Positions 37,604 through 52,135 of a stretch of DNA of 64,000 bases are shown here, one piece after another. The notes beneath the pieces were generated by a model, which did not search any database, was not told where the DNA came from, and saw only the letters and a list, made by a program, of their open reading frames with translations. The first letter of the stretch is position 1; the number at the start of each line of letters is the position of its first letter. Position numbers and translations under genes: made by a program. Origin of the DNA: Octopus bimaculoides (taxonomy: Eukaryota); NCBI RefSeq assembly GCF_001194135.2, contig NC_068992.1, forward strand, positions 31,807,759 to 31,871,758, given 5' to 3'.

Positions 37604-38349
37604 CAGAGATCCTGTGTATGCACACAAGATGTGTAACCACCTCGTTTTCTATAATTACTTCCTTTCACAACAGATGGGACGCATCTTCAGCAAATTGAAA
37701 GTATCTGGGTTTCTTTAAAGCATGGAAATAAACACTTGTGTGCAACACACTATTCGATGAAGGACTCTTATCTTTGTGAATTTATGTGGAGAAGGAGATA
37801 TTAGAAAGATAAAATTTTATGAAATCCTAGATTGTGTGGCAAAATTTCGTCCTTGAATATTTTAAACTAATGAATGTTTGTTATAAGCAATGTTTTGACT
37901 CCGGTTCTGTATTTCTAGCAAATCCTGCTGGTTTGTTTGTAGCTTTTAAATATTTAATTTACTCTCGAATTTTCTGGCGTTTTTCACTGTCTTAGCTGTT
38001 AACTTTGCTCGTGTCTAATTTAATGTTTTGACTGTTTTTCTAGCAAATCCTGTTCATTTCTACGTAACTTTTAAATAATTTGTTCGTGAAGGCTTTAATT
38101 TTTACCCACTATTTACTCTAGCTAGTTTACTGTTTTAGCATGCCCGTACCTCATGTCCATCGATGATGAAAGAGGCAGCGAACATGCTGATTTCTGATTG
38201 GTTAAACATTCTGAAAATTATCACACTTTGTACACCTGTAAAATCTTCGCTGGGCAGAATATACTGTAAAAATAAAAACACAATACTTCTACCCAGCTCA
38301 AAAAAAAGCAAATTCGCGCTACCCTGACAGTGTCCTCTGTTCCTTAGTA

Positions 38350-38963
38350 GGAGCTATGAGCTACTGGGGACCTGAGAATCCACATGTTATGGTGGAATAC
38401 CATATTAATTTAACAGGAGTTACAGTGTGGTGTGGCTTATCTTCAAGAGTATTAATTGGACCATTATTTTTTGACGTTACTGTGACTGGTCCCGTTTACA
38501 TGAACTTGATGCAGCAGTTTTTCATGCCAAGCATTATTAAGATTCTGATGAAGAGGTGGTTTATTATCAACAATATAGGCACCAACACAATACCATCACG
38601 ATGATAGATCCTTCCTTTTTGATATCTTGCCAAACAGGTGGATTGAACAAAGGGGTCTCGTTGAATACCATCCGCGTTCACCAGACCTCACACTACTAGA
38701 AATACCTAGAAGACAACAGTCACTGATTTTAGAGCAGTCATTGACCGAGAATAAACACAAATATCAAACGAATTGTTTCGTGATGTTTGCGATTACATTG
38801 CTTTTCGCTGTCAGCACTGCCTGCACAATGACTGACGTCAGTTTGAAAACAAGAAAATTAGATTCTGTATATTCTATTAAATTTAGAAAATGAAATGTAT
38901 TTTAGTGAACTTCTATTTTATAATTATTTGAAGTGTGTATGTATTTTTAGGGGACACCCTGTA
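38350..38963 (+). mobile_element. Tc1/mariner-superfamily transposon 3' relic with right TIR
   Basis: [29 protein letters not shown] and PNRWI..RG..PRSPDLT motifs; right end is the reverse complement of TA-cagggtgtcccctaaaaatac. Confidence 0.85.
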
Positions 38964-39421
38964 TATATCAAGGCGTATGGTCTTTAAAATTAACTCTATA
39001 TTTTCTTTGTGCATATGGATTTGTTCTCTTTTACTTCCAGGTTTTTTCAAACCCTTCCTATGTATCTTAATTAATGTCTCAGTAGGTGTGTGCTTCTGTT
39101 TACTATTAATATCTTTCTTGATAACTTTATTAATTTGTTTTCGGTATTTTACGTCATTTGTACTTTCTTGTATTTATGAGGTATACTTTTCCAACAGAAT
39201 GCTAAAAATGACATAACCGTGTCCGTACAAAACAAAAACAAACTAGCGATGATCTAGCATTGTTTTTGAGCCTGATCACCTTAAGAGGGATATTAATACA
39301 ATATATGTGCTATTCAGCAATTACTCACTGATGTTGAAGAGTTGAAATAGTTGTAACGATTTGCAACAAAGCCTGATGATTGTATCTTCTCGTATTAATA
39401 TTATTTAATATTTATAAGCAT

Positions 39422-39579
39422 GGAGTGGCTGTGTGGTAAGAGGCTTCTTTAGCACCCACATGGTTCCGGGATCAGTGGCACTGCGTGGCACCTTGGGCAA
39501 GTGTCTTCGACTATAGCCTCGGGCCGATAAAGCCTCGTGAGTGGATTTGGTAGACGGAAACTGAAAGAAGCCTGTCGTG

Positions 39580-39643
<64 letters not shown>

Positions 39644-39862
39644 TGTGTATGTATTTGTTTGTGTCTGTTCGTCCCCCGACCATCGCTTAACGACCGATGG
39701 TGGTATGTTTACGTCCCCGTAACGTAACGGTTCGGCAAAAGAAACCGATAAAATAAGTACTAGGCTTACAAAGAATAAGTCCTATGGTCGATTTGTTCTA
39801 CTAATGGCGGTGCTCCGGCATGGCTGCAGTCAAATGACTGAAACAAGTAAAAGAAAAAAGAA
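39422..39862 (+). mobile_element. SINE family A, full length and best preserved, internal (TA)n(TG)n
   Basis: Head ggagtggctgtgtggtaag, CORE-like gtggcaccttgggcaagtgtctt, internal array at about 39580-39650, complete tail. Confidence 0.92.
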
Positions 39863-40299
39863 TGTGCACACACACACACACACACACACACACGCGTGTT
39901 GGTTTTGTGGGTTGGCAGTGAATCCGAGTCTTTAAAAATGCATTAGCTTTAAATTTTTAACATATTTATTAGAATACCAAACATCCTTCCATATTTTCCA
40001 ATGGTAAATACGAAAGGTTGTGGAGAGATTGACGGTATAAACAAAAAATTGGAAAACCATGTTTAAAAGATCAGACGTTCCAATAATCAATACGTTTCAC
40101 CGAGATAGACAGTAACACCAGTTCAAGTGTTCGATTGATTACATAACACACATACAGAATGGAAAGTTCAGTAACATTGAGTTATATTACAAATTAAACA
40201 CGTTGAAGTTTTAAAATAGTTACAAAAAAGAAAGACACGAAAAAGGATTTCTTTTACCAGATATTTCAATTTATTTTACAAATTTTTTTACAGTGATTT

Positions 40300-43240
40300 A
40301 AGTTAAAGGTTCAAGTTCTTATTTGTTGTCAATTAAATGAATTAAATTTTCTTTCTCCGCCTGTAGTCTCTAGTATTTTGGCAGGCTTACTGCATTAATA
40401 TATCACATGTTTTTCGAATGTTCTGGTTGTATATTTGGTCAGAAGTCCAACGTTTCCCGTGGTTGAAGTTCTTGATTACATCACTTGTGTTGTAAGTGCT
40501 TGCTTTGTTTTTGGCCAGTAGAGATCCAGTGCACTGTGTAGTTGATTTTCTGCATACGCTATTTGCCTTTTTGAAAACATCATGGTAACTTGTTTTTTAT
40601 GCGATCGTCCAGCGTTCAGATTGTTTCATTCCTTTATGAAGGCACTGATTTCGGTCAGTTCAATGTTTGTTTGTTTTGATTTTCTGCCCGTCCAGTTCTG
40701 ACCAGACAATATCTGATTGGTTGATACTAGGGTAATGTTAGCTGCTGGTATTTGACAAGGTGCAAGGTGTTATTTTACAAGAATTTACAGTGAAAGTTTT
40801 GGATCCCAAAGGCAGCCCGTTATTTAGACTTTTAATTTATGTCCACCGTTTCTTGTCGCTTGTTTGTACATAAACAGAGCTTTCTCATTTTCTTGTTATA
40901 CAATATTTAGTTGTGGTTCACGTTTCTTAATAAACATAGATTCCATATTTGGTCGGTATGAGCTGAAGTGCTTCAGGTGCATTGATATAAAGGGAAAATT
41001 TGGTATTTTGGATATTTTGTATGTTTATGCTCATCCTGATATTTCACATGAGTCTGATGTTTGTATACCGTCGTTCTCTTCTGATATTTAACAAGAGTTT
41101 GATTCCTGTATACCATCGTTCACTTCTTCATAGTCAAATTCGACCTATTTAATCACCACCACATCTGAGAACATAAATTATGTTCCTCGCTGATCAGTTG
41201 AAGTGATTTTATGGTGAATATTTGACCTGTCTTGAAGTCATATGTTGAAATTGTTTAGTTTGTGAAGTTTCTTCAAATTATGATGGTTCATTTATTTTAC
41301 TGCTGGGGTTGTATTGTCGAAGCGTAAGTTGGCGTTAGTAGATATCCATTTTAGTGATTTCGGTTTTTCGGTTGTCTGTTATTTTTAAGAATTTTATCTT
41401 TCGAATGCTTTTTTCATGCGCAGACCATTCATCAACAGGTCTGTATTCAAATGGATAATGTAGTATGGTTCCATATGTCTTGGATTGTTTGTTGATACAT
41501 AATGTAGATATTTAAATCGATTATGGCTTTCCTAGCTTCCCGTAATTTGTGGTGTCTATTATTTTGGCGCGTTCTGTTTCGTTATTTAGAAAACTGACTG
41601 TCTTTCTAGTCATATATTTTTATGTCCTTGGAGACGTTTTTCCTGTTTCGAGATTGGATACAGCAGTGCAAATGATTGTTACCAGGTTAAAAAAATATTG
41701 ATTTAAGTGCGCTTTAAATCGCGGGTAAAGAATAGCAGATATTATTTTGAGTTTGTTGCTTTAAAGTATATGTCGGGTCTCAATGCCAGTATCTTTTAAT
41801 ATGATACGCATGTCCAAAAAATGATGGTGCGCTTGAGAATTTCATTGTTAATTGGATACTCCAAGAGATTGTGCAACCAGAGAATGAAGCAGTCGGCGAG
41901 TAATTAGTATGAAAGTTATCGTCAGATTTCAGTCTGACGTGTTCATATATTTGGAATTGTAATTGTCATGACAAGCTTCGCAGAAGTGGGGAATACAGTG
42001 GCTCCAAATGCAGTCTCGTATATTTGTCTGTAGGCGCTGTCCTTTATTTTCAAGGCTGAACTTTAATCCTTCAATGATATACACTTACCCAGTTCTGTCA
42101 AGTATGTCATTTGGAATGTTTTCCAGCAAGGAGTCAATAGATTGTTTTCTCTATTTGTATGGAATCGAGGTGTGGAGATTTATTCGAATGGGACAAAAAG
42201 AGTGTCCATAGTTGTTTTATCATGGGGGATGGTTCGTACAAAGCTCAATATATGTTTAGGAATGGGTTTTATAAGTACTTCAGTAAAGTTATTAAATTTG
42301 TGTCTCACAGGACGGACCTGCCGCAATTTTCCGCATTTTGAAATCTTCTGGATATGTAATAGTAATAGCCAATTAAGTTAATCTGCCACATGCATCATTT
42401 ATTTATGTCTTCACTCTTGTGTATTTTGTGAAATCCGCAAAAGTTGTTACTTTTGCCGTCAAATTTGTTCGGTAGTGCATTTCCTCCCCACTTAAATACA
42501 TATTTGGAACTGTTGGGTAAGGATAAACAGCTTTTTCAGTATTTTGCATTGTAGGTAATCGTTATTTTCTCTTAAGAGTTGTCACAAATAAGAGTTAGTG
42601 CAGTGTTTATGTACTGTTCCAAGCATTTAATGATTACAGCACGACTATTATCAGTTTCTTTGATAAATGTATTCTGATTATCCTTGAAATCATTGATGAT
42701 TTACCATTTTTTTCATTCATAGATGGTTTAAAATTTGAGATGTATTAGTAAATTAAAGGGAAATTGGTAAGAAAATCAGAAGATTTGTCCGAAGCTGGAC
42801 TGTTCTCTTTTGTTGGACGGTAACTGCTTTTTTTATGAACCATTAAATGATCAGTGATTTATTTGTCAAATATTTCTCCAATTACGTTTCGTTTTCCTCA
42901 AGCTTTCTGGATATCGTTAAGTATATCATTTATGTCGGAATGTGTTTGTGTTTGGGTGAATTGTAATCTTGAGTTTTATGAGTAATGTATAACCTTCGAA
43001 ATCTTACATAGACTCAGTCTGTGCCATCGAGTGTCATAGGTTCCATTAATTATATCTGAACAATGTTTTCCAGCACAATTACGATCGATATTTTCCCTCT
43101 GCAACCGTAATACTCTCGTTGTCATTCCTGTCCGATGTTCAATTATTCAGATATATCATTGAATTTTTCTTCGGCTTCCATTTAGATATACAACCTACTA
43201 GAAAATTGTCATATTACAATTTTCCAGTAGGGGTTTAACT
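40300..43240 (-). mobile_element. Near-complete decayed Penelope-like element (RT + GIY-YIG + pLTR-like 3' segment)
   Basis: Minus: FIKETDNSRAVII (IK.ADKG..V), IAAGPSCETH, GT.M-like ETAFGATVFP, YLADCFI (YLDD), NRQPK, NIIYVLRC, terminal FIKKREPQLN. Confidence 0.88.
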
Positions 43241-43349
43241 TTTCTCTAGAAGTGAATCCACTCTATCTACTACAACGAGTGTCAACATCAACTGATGTCC
43301 AAGTAAGAAAACCCTCGTTACTTGCCATGTTTCTGCTTTTATTTCTGCG

Positions 43350-43536
43350 TCTCCCTCACAGCCTGCAATTTTGGGAGAGTGTTAAGTCCATTACATCGAC
43401 CCCTGTGCTGAAATGCTACTTATTTTTTGGACCCCAAAAGGATGAATGACAAAGTCGACCGAAGTGGAATTTAAATTCCGGACGTAAAAAATGCCACTAT
43501 GCATTTTGCTCGGTGTTGATGACGACGACGACGATG

Positions 43537-43568
<32 letters not shown>

Positions 43569-43620
43569 GATGATGATGCTGATGATGACGATGACGATGA
43601 CGATGATGATGATGACGGTA
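43350..43620 (-). mobile_element. SINE family B copy adjacent to a (GAT/GAC)n array
   Basis: Reverse complement of gaatttaaattcc..ggtcgactttgtcattcatcc..ggggtcgatgtaatggact. Confidence 0.7.
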
Positions 43621-44183
43621 CTCCCGTCGATTAGGTATGAGTGTTTGAAGGAAAGAGGTACAAAATGATTACAAATAAAAGACGCTACATCTATTTGCAA
43701 AGGATGTGGAAAATGCTTTTTATGTCTAGGTATGAATTATGCTATGAACACATAATCGAGATAATGATAATTTCGATTTTGCCTGATATTGGATAAATGT
43801 GTACGTTGACAGTAGTATACAAGTCTCTCATTTTTCTGTTTCTTCAGTTGAAAGTGTTTAGATTCAGCATGAGATAGAATACGCTACACTGATCGATCTA
43901 GGTATTAAACTTCCCAAGATGTGAAATTAAGCTGTAGGTATTTTAGTGACTGTTTCAAACTACTCTTATATTTCCGGATCAGCCTTCGTTTACCGCGAAA
44001 TCACTCTATTTGGTAGCGAAACAAAAGAATTTTCGCAATGAGATCACCTTGCATTCGAACCTGTCCTGACCATCTGAATTGCATTCTGCACAGCAGGCTT
44101 TCAATACTTGAGACATCACATCTTTCTAAATTTTGACATTCGATGTTTTATATTATCATTTTATTTTGCAGATACCGTATCTT

Positions 44184-44332
<149 letters not shown>

Positions 44333-45125
44333 GCCATAAGAATGAAACCGTTTCTTTGATTCCGAGAAGGGCAACAGATGGGGACATTACATTACGAATA
44401 TAGAAAATGCTTGTAGTTTACAAAAAAATCACGTATTAACAATCATAAAAAACATTGCAAATTGATATAAAATTGAAACATAATAATAACATGTATAAGA
44501 ACAAGAAGATTGTTACTTGTATATTTTCTAGTCTATTACTTCTTACTTTTATGTCGTTTAAAGAGAAAGTAAACATGTCATTTTCAAACATAAATAGACA
44601 TTTTTTTCTTATTCGGACGAATAGTTTGCTTTGAATAATGAAGCCATACGCCTGGCTAGACCAGTAGTCTATGCAAAAGAACGATAGAAAATAAGACAGA
44701 AGCCTATATAGTCGTTTAATATTTACATATTCACTTCTAACTCTGGTTGTTTTTTAATGATACTGGCGGCTAGAAGAGGAAATAAGAATTATATTACATT
44801 ATAATTCCTAACATACTTACATTATTGCTGTTATTGTGCTGTTTGTGTACAAGTACTACTACAGAGGAAAAAAAAGTATTTACATACGTGTGTGTACGGT
44901 TGGTGTATCCGGTTATCGTTTGATGCCGTTCTTTCGTTTATTTTTTCTTTGCCTGTCAAGATTACACCTCAAATTTCTTTGGGATTCCTGTGATGCCAAA
45001 GTAACTTCTAAAATGTCCGACATCCTTACTTGCACAAAGGAAATTATACATATACGTAATTACAACCCATTACCTTTATTTGTGCTTGTGTGTTTAAGAG
45101 GCACATGCAGACATATTACAAGAAT

Positions 45126-45159
<34 letters not shown>

Positions 45160-45559
45160 TATTGTCTATCTATCTATCGATTTATATGTGTATGTATGTA
45201 CATCTATATATATATAAAAGTAGAAAGACTGATAATGCAGTAAGAGACAAGAACAGTCATCTGAAACCGATACCATTTGATTTATGTGATATATGACTAG
45301 AGAATACTGGTTATAATATTCCAAATTATTCCGTGAAATATCCCAATGAAATGGTGAATTAAGGTAGCCATTTGTGCTTGGAACTCATTCTACATGCCTC
45401 TTGTATAAGAATCTTTTATTAGTGTCAGTCATTAGTCTGGCGCCATGCTAATTACTCTGCCTAAATAGTACGTCTATCATATATTCTATCGGTTTCTTTT
45501 ACGGGCATGTGACCAAACCAAGGTAGGTTTTGAAGTATTGGAATCCCGTAAACAGAAAG

Positions 45560-45815
45560 ACACACACGCGCACACACATACACTTACACATGCACACACA
45601 TACACTTACACATGCACACACATACACTTACACATGCACAATCATACACTTACACATGCACACACAGACACACAACACACACACACACACAGAGACAGAC
45701 ACACGAGCACACACACACACACACACACACACACATGCAAATCCTCCACTAGGCCGGAAGCTATAGAAGAAAGCTCCTGACATTAAACTGAAGCCGGAAC
45801 CATGTGGTTTTCACG
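45560..45815 (-). repeat. CA-rich 22-bp minisatellite/(CA)n plus a SINE family A head fragment
   Basis: (cacacacatacacttacacatg)n; ggccggaagctatagaaga and ccggaaccatgtggtt match the inverted family A head. Confidence 0.65.
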
Positions 45816-46932
45816 TAGGCATAGCTGAAGAAAGATAGAATGAATATCACAGGTGAAGCACTGATAAACAAAGAAAATACATTCATACAAAAATATAAAC
45901 CAAGACTTAAACATTAACAGAGAACATGTACAAATAACTATCACACACAAGGCTCATTCTGCTACTTAACATGAGAAATCTACACAACTAACAACCCAAA
46001 TTTTAGGCACTGGATTACATACAAACCAACTCCTGCCTACTCTTTCAGCTGGTAGATTAAATTTAGAGTGCCTTGACATCGACAGTGTCGACCTTAATGT
46101 TTGGTGCAAAATAAACTGCCACGTGAGAGTAACGTACGAAAGCAGCAGGAAACGTACAAAAGTTTCTAAAATTAATCACGTTATCACTTTCTACAACACT
46201 TGACAGAAAGCATTCAGAGCTTTGATTGTTTCGTACTGTCGCTAGTCATATTCCTTCAACCGTGTCAGCCTTAACTTACGATGCCAAAGATTGTCACACA
46301 ATATTAACACACGGAGATAGCAGGGATTCTACAAGAATTTCTAAGAACTGTCATGTGACTATCCTCTATCAATCAAGTCCTATCCAGAACATACTAATTT
46401 GAGTCATATATTACCTATAAAAATAGGTCAAGCTTCAAACGCTATTCAGAAGCAACACAGCTGCAGCATAACCAAGTCTGCCTCAACTTTTCAATATCAG
46501 TGTAAACTGTGGAAACGCTTAAATCTTTAAATATAATATTTTTTATTAACAATCCTCAGTGCATTTTCAACTTCTCTCTTTTCTATGTCTAGCCATGTGG
46601 AATAAAACAACTTTGTTTTATATACATACATAGATACATATACATACATACATACATACANNNNNNNNNNNNNNNNNNNNNNNNNNNNNNNNNNNNNNNN
46701 NNNNNNNNNNNNNNNNNNNNNNNNNNNNNNNNNNNNNNNNNNNNNNNNNNNNNNNNNNNNNNNNNNNNNNNNNNNNNNNNNNNNNNNNNNNNNNNNNNNN
46801 NNNNNNNNNNNNNNNNNNNNNNNNNNNNNNNNNNNNNNNNNNNNNNNNNNNNNNNNNNNNNNNNNNNNNNNNNNNNNNNNNNNNNNNNNNNNNNNNNNNN
46901 NNNNNNNNNNNNNNNNNNNNNNNNNNNNNNNN

Positions 46933-46970
<38 letters not shown>

Positions 46971-48143
46971 AATATATATAAAGAGGGGAGGAAACAGCAA
47001 CACATATCTATACACACATATAAACATATTTATTTTCATATACATTGATAACATTTGCGTCTCCCGATGTTATATAACTGAGAGTTTATATGCATGTGAT
47101 TTCCTTTGCTTTCAAAGTCATGGAATTACTCCAACATGTATAAACATATGGTTCCAATGAATGTCAAGAAGATTCTAATCATGTGCTTAAATTAGAAATG
47201 ATGAGCGTTATGAATGGCATAGTAATTATCCTCTATCATTTGTCTTCAAAGAGGTTAATTTTTTCTGTTTTCGACCGCTGTAGCTGGACTCATAAATTTC
47301 GGGATTCATCCCGATTTATCCACGAAGATTGCATGCCCAATTGTTTCAGATGCATTCTGATAGAATTGCAGGAATAACAACATATGCATATGGTATCGGT
47401 TTTGCTTAAATAGTTTATTAAACTGACAATATATTTATCAAGATGAACAAAATGCTTCGGTGCATTTCGTTCTACTGTACGATCAAATTTCGAATCCCAC
47501 CGAGGTGGATTTTGCCTTTAATATTTTCAGGATTGTTTAAATATGCACCAGTTAAGCATTGGGTTCGATGTATACGACTGGACACACTCGCCAAAATTTC
47601 AGAACTTCTTCCTATAGCAGCAAGGATTATTGTAATTCATTACACACTATGTATATATGATTCTTGATTTTTTTTGTTTCTTCTTCCAAACATCAAATTA
47701 TGCATTCGGCAATGGCGAATCGTAAATATGTTTGGAAGGAAAAGCACTAATTGCAAATAGGTTTGGCAGTGACAGGACTAATTACAAATAGGTTTTCCTT
47801 GTCTAATTAAATCAGAATAACTAGTCCATGTTCGACATGCCTGGAGAAAAGAAAGACGCGAAAGAAATCTCTATAAAAGATGACCCAACATATAATTGTT
47901 TTCCTTTTGTTTGGTTACGGAAAGAAATAATCTTACTGAATTTGATAAACGTCGTAAAATTAAAGATTATTATTACTGAAATTTCACTAGCGCTTTTAAC
48001 CAAAAGCAGATGAAAATTAAACAATTTTTTTTTTCTGGAGAATTATTTGCAAACAAGTTTAGACATATTGAAATAGCAATATTAAAATGCCTGTTTTGTA
48101 AGATGTTTGTTTTCTATTACTAAATGAGAAGATATCCTCTCTC

Positions 48144-48205
<62 letters not shown>

Positions 48206-49203
48206 GCTCTTTCTACATAAAAAGGGGAAAATGAGTAGATGTAATAAATAAGTAAGATTTGATTTTTCATTATTCTTTCCCTGACTATCTGAAAACCTTT
48301 GTATAGTGAGTATTGCATCATCATTCCGTACACTTGTATCATCTGTGATAGGAGAATTGGTGACCAGAGTTCTTGAAAATGAAAGGATTTGAAAGACTGT
48401 GCTCAAGAGATTTTCCCTGATAGAATTTGAAGTCGCTAATAAAATATTTTGATATCCTTTGGTGGCTAGCAATTAAAACGCTTTGCGCTGTTGGATTCGA
48501 CGTAATATTTAATCTGACAATTTTCTATTTTCAAAAATTGCATATGAATTGACGCAAAATGCGTAAAAACTGACTTCAATAACCTCGATATTTTAACCAC
48601 ATGATGCATGAATATATCAGGGAGAGAGCTATTCCAGCAGCTCTTGAAAAAAAAAAAGAAAAAAAGACCACAGAGAATATTGTATGTTGAGAATTTGGAT
48701 TTAATCGTGTTTTGTTAGTTGTATATCAAGTGACACATTTCTATTAAGTCTTTTCTTTACACATACATATTTTATAAGTTTGTTGCATCTCGAAATTTCT
48801 GAAGTCTAAAGATGTGTATCGATGTGTAAAAGTCTTTTCCAAATAGAAAAACTACCATACTGCGTCTTACTCAATTTATCCTGTCTAAATTTGTATTTTT
48901 TATATACAAACAGAACGGACATCATTTTCGGAAATAGTATTCTGAATATGTAATAGTGTTTTTAATGTATTTAGAGATCATTTGCTTAGCTGATGTAGTT
49001 TTTTAATGTAGTGAATATTTGTGAAAAGTATTTTTTCACAAATTCAAAAATACAGTATATATTACTTCTAGTGCCCGCTATGTGTGTGTATGTGTGTGTG
49101 CGTGTGTGTATCTTTGTCATCATTCTTTAATTTAACATAAGCATATTTCCAAATCATCATTCATTAATACCGCATATTAAGAAATATATAAATCCAATAG
49201 TTA

Positions 49204-49283
49204 TTGAACCAATGTAATAAGTCTTCTACTAATCTTACTCTTATGCAACTCCACTTTGAATATATCTGTCTATTGCACAGATG

Positions 49284-49323
<40 letters not shown>

Positions 49324-49449
49324 NNNNNNNNNNNNNNNNNNNNNNNNNNNNNNNNNNNNNNTATATATACATCTGTGCAATAGACAGATATATTCAAAGT
49401 GGAGTTGCATAAGAGTAAGATTAGTAGAAGACTTATTACATTGGTTCAA
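49204..49449. repeat. Perfect inverted repeat (about 88-bp arms) around (TA)n and a 38-N gap
   Basis: 49204-49291 is the reverse complement of 49362-49449; outer flanks differ. Confidence 0.9.
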
Positions 49450-50784
49450 CTCCGTTATATAATAAAATAGAGGGTATTTCCACGTCGGAAGAAATATAGG
49501 CAAACGTGTTTTTGATAATGTACCTATACTTGAAAACATTGGTATTGTTTAAAATAAATTTATTTACATATATTCAAAATTATTTTCAACAATATTTTTT
49601 GCTTATATCGATGGTAAAAATTTAGAACTATTAATTTGTAGAACTTGTTTAAAAGTTTAAATGTTCATAACAGACACATTTAGAATTATGAATTTTAAAA
49701 ACATGTTTATAAGTTTCAATTTTTACAAATTCATATGTTCATAGCAGTCAATAATATAGAAAACCGTGCATCAATTCATAATTCAAAATTTTTACAATTT
49801 GATAAACAAAAACTATATTGTTGAAACTAGATTGGTATATATCTAAATAAATCTAATTTAAACAATTACGGACCCATGTGTTTGGCTAAGTAACCGCAAT
49901 TTTTGTAACTGTAAATATCAAAGAACATAGCACACGTAACATCTACGAAGTCGTAAGATATCCTGTAGTATTAACTCTGTGGCCGACAATTTGTTGTCCT
50001 GTTAAATATCATGGGATAAGTAGTTACTGCGTTAAGAATTAAAGTAATGTAATTCTTTTGTATATACTTCATGAATATACAACATGCATTACCACATACA
50101 GTATACGTAACCATATCATTTTTATCAACAATGCTCATGAATTAATTACAAATTCATTCAGGAATTTTCATGCTTTCTTAATTTCAATATAATCATTTCA
50201 TTAGCTTAGATGACCAACTGAACATTCTTTATATTGAACCATATTTTCGTACTATGATATATCTTTTAATTATAACCTATATGTTTTCCATAGATTTCAT
50301 TTACTTCTTATTTCAATTTTTGAGAAATCCAGTGAAATGTCGGATGCTGAGGATGACATAAAACAATTTTATATTTAAACACTAACACTGTATTTTATTA
50401 ATAACTTTCATGTTCTTTGTTAAGTATACACTAGCATCAACAGGAATGGGCTTCAATATTTATACTTGTAGGCATATTGCGTTTCTGTAGAAATAAGCTG
50501 GAAACCTAAACTAAATTAGTAATATGCAGCTACATGCTTATTGAATAATATTTTTTTAGAAATGTTAAAATAGTGGCGTTTGAATTTCTATGACGAGAAA
50601 TGGCCATTATATTATCTGCATTGATAAGCATTTCTCTTTATACTCACTTAATTTCACAAGAACATTAGTTGTAATCAACGCATTTATCAAACCTACAAGT
50701 GGCAATAGCCTTCATTCTAATTTCAATATTATGTATACATTTTATTTATTTTTGTGAGTTACTGTTATCTTTCAAATCAATCAG

Positions 50785-50852
50785 AGTAAACATTCAAAGA
50801 TTGGCGCAGGGATTGGATTCAAAACATGTCCACTTATTGAACTATGCTCAAC
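50785..50852 (+). CDS. Candidate plus-strand exon (VNIQRLAQGLDSKHVHLLNYAQ or SKHSKIGAGIGFKTCPLIELCS)
   Basis: Acceptor tctttcaaatcaatcag|, consensus donor aac|gtaagt, two open frames; opposite strand to the minus exon chain. Confidence 0.25.
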
Positions 50853-51754
50853 GTAAGTTACATCTTTTATCACCATTGCATTTACCTGTTATTTAGTGCT
50901 TGGAACGAAAGATGTGCAATAGCTTTCAGATTACGGCTATTAGTACATGTCTAGCATTGTAAATGCTGGGAAAAGTGCAAAACACTAAACGCTATCACAT
51001 GTATAGCCATGGAAAATAAAACTTTCTCGTATGATGGGCAAAGCAAGAGAGGCAATGCTTCGTCACGGATTTAATAAATGTTATTCTGCCAATCTCAAGA
51101 ACGTTCACAAGTTGCAAACGTATTTGAGGAAAGTGTAACAGCTGAAGCTCATTAATATAGCAACAAGAAATAAACCAATTACCTAAACATGTCAAAATAT
51201 AAATATGAGAAAAAAAATTCTCGTTAACACTCAATTTCCAACTAATTTTTTATTCATGTCGACTAACCACTATAAAACAGTCTGCTATTCCACATTCACT
51301 GATTTTAAATATCTATAAATATATGCATATTTGGAAAACTAAAGAATTAGAGCATCTGTATATAAACAGCGTATCGGTACACAAATGAAATTATTTTTTC
51401 AGGATAACATTTGCGGAAAAGAAAGAAAATATATAGGACTAGCAAGTATTAGAGACTGTGAGTGTAGACCGATTAATGTATCAGAGAAACTATTCCAAAA
51501 GTCGACACTATACAGGCGAGTCCTTGCACACGCGTACGCGTGTATATTCATTTATGCACATGCACATATATGTATTTATCACAATTGAAGAAGGTTTTTC
51601 TTACGAACATTTCTGAGGATGTACATCCACAGATATTTATATATGTGTATATATATGTGGATGTTTGTGAGTGCGTCTGAGCATTACGCTATATCCTTAT
51701 AAGATATGTACAGGGATATATCCGAAAACACTGACATGCACACAAGTTTTTTTT

Positions 51755-52135
51755 TTTTTAATTTGTTTTAGTCGTTTGACTGCAGCCAAGCTAAAGTACT
51801 GCTCTCAGTCGAACAAATCGACAACAGAACTTATTTTTTATAAGCCTAGTACTTATTCTATCGATCTCTTTTGCCGAACCGCTAAGTAATGGGGACGTAA
51901 ATACACCAACATCGGTTGTGAAGCAATGGTTGGGGGACAGACACAGAGACACAAACATACACACACACACATATATACGGCGGACATCTTTCAAATTCCG
52001 TGTATCAAACCCATTCACAAAGATTTAGTCGGCCCGATGCTATAGAAGACACTTACCCATTGTGCCACGCAGTGGGACTGAACCGAGAATCATGTGGAAG
52101 GAAATTTCTAACAACACAGATACTCCTGCGCCTAT
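51755..52135 (-). mobile_element. SINE family A, full length, inverted
   Basis: Reverse complement of head, CORE-like block, short internal array and tail. Confidence 0.88.

Noticed and set aside
43826-43905. Very strong plus-strand acceptor (ctctcatttttctgtttcttcag) with downstream donor
   Set aside because: All three frames hit stops; shows the pseudo-exon background rate
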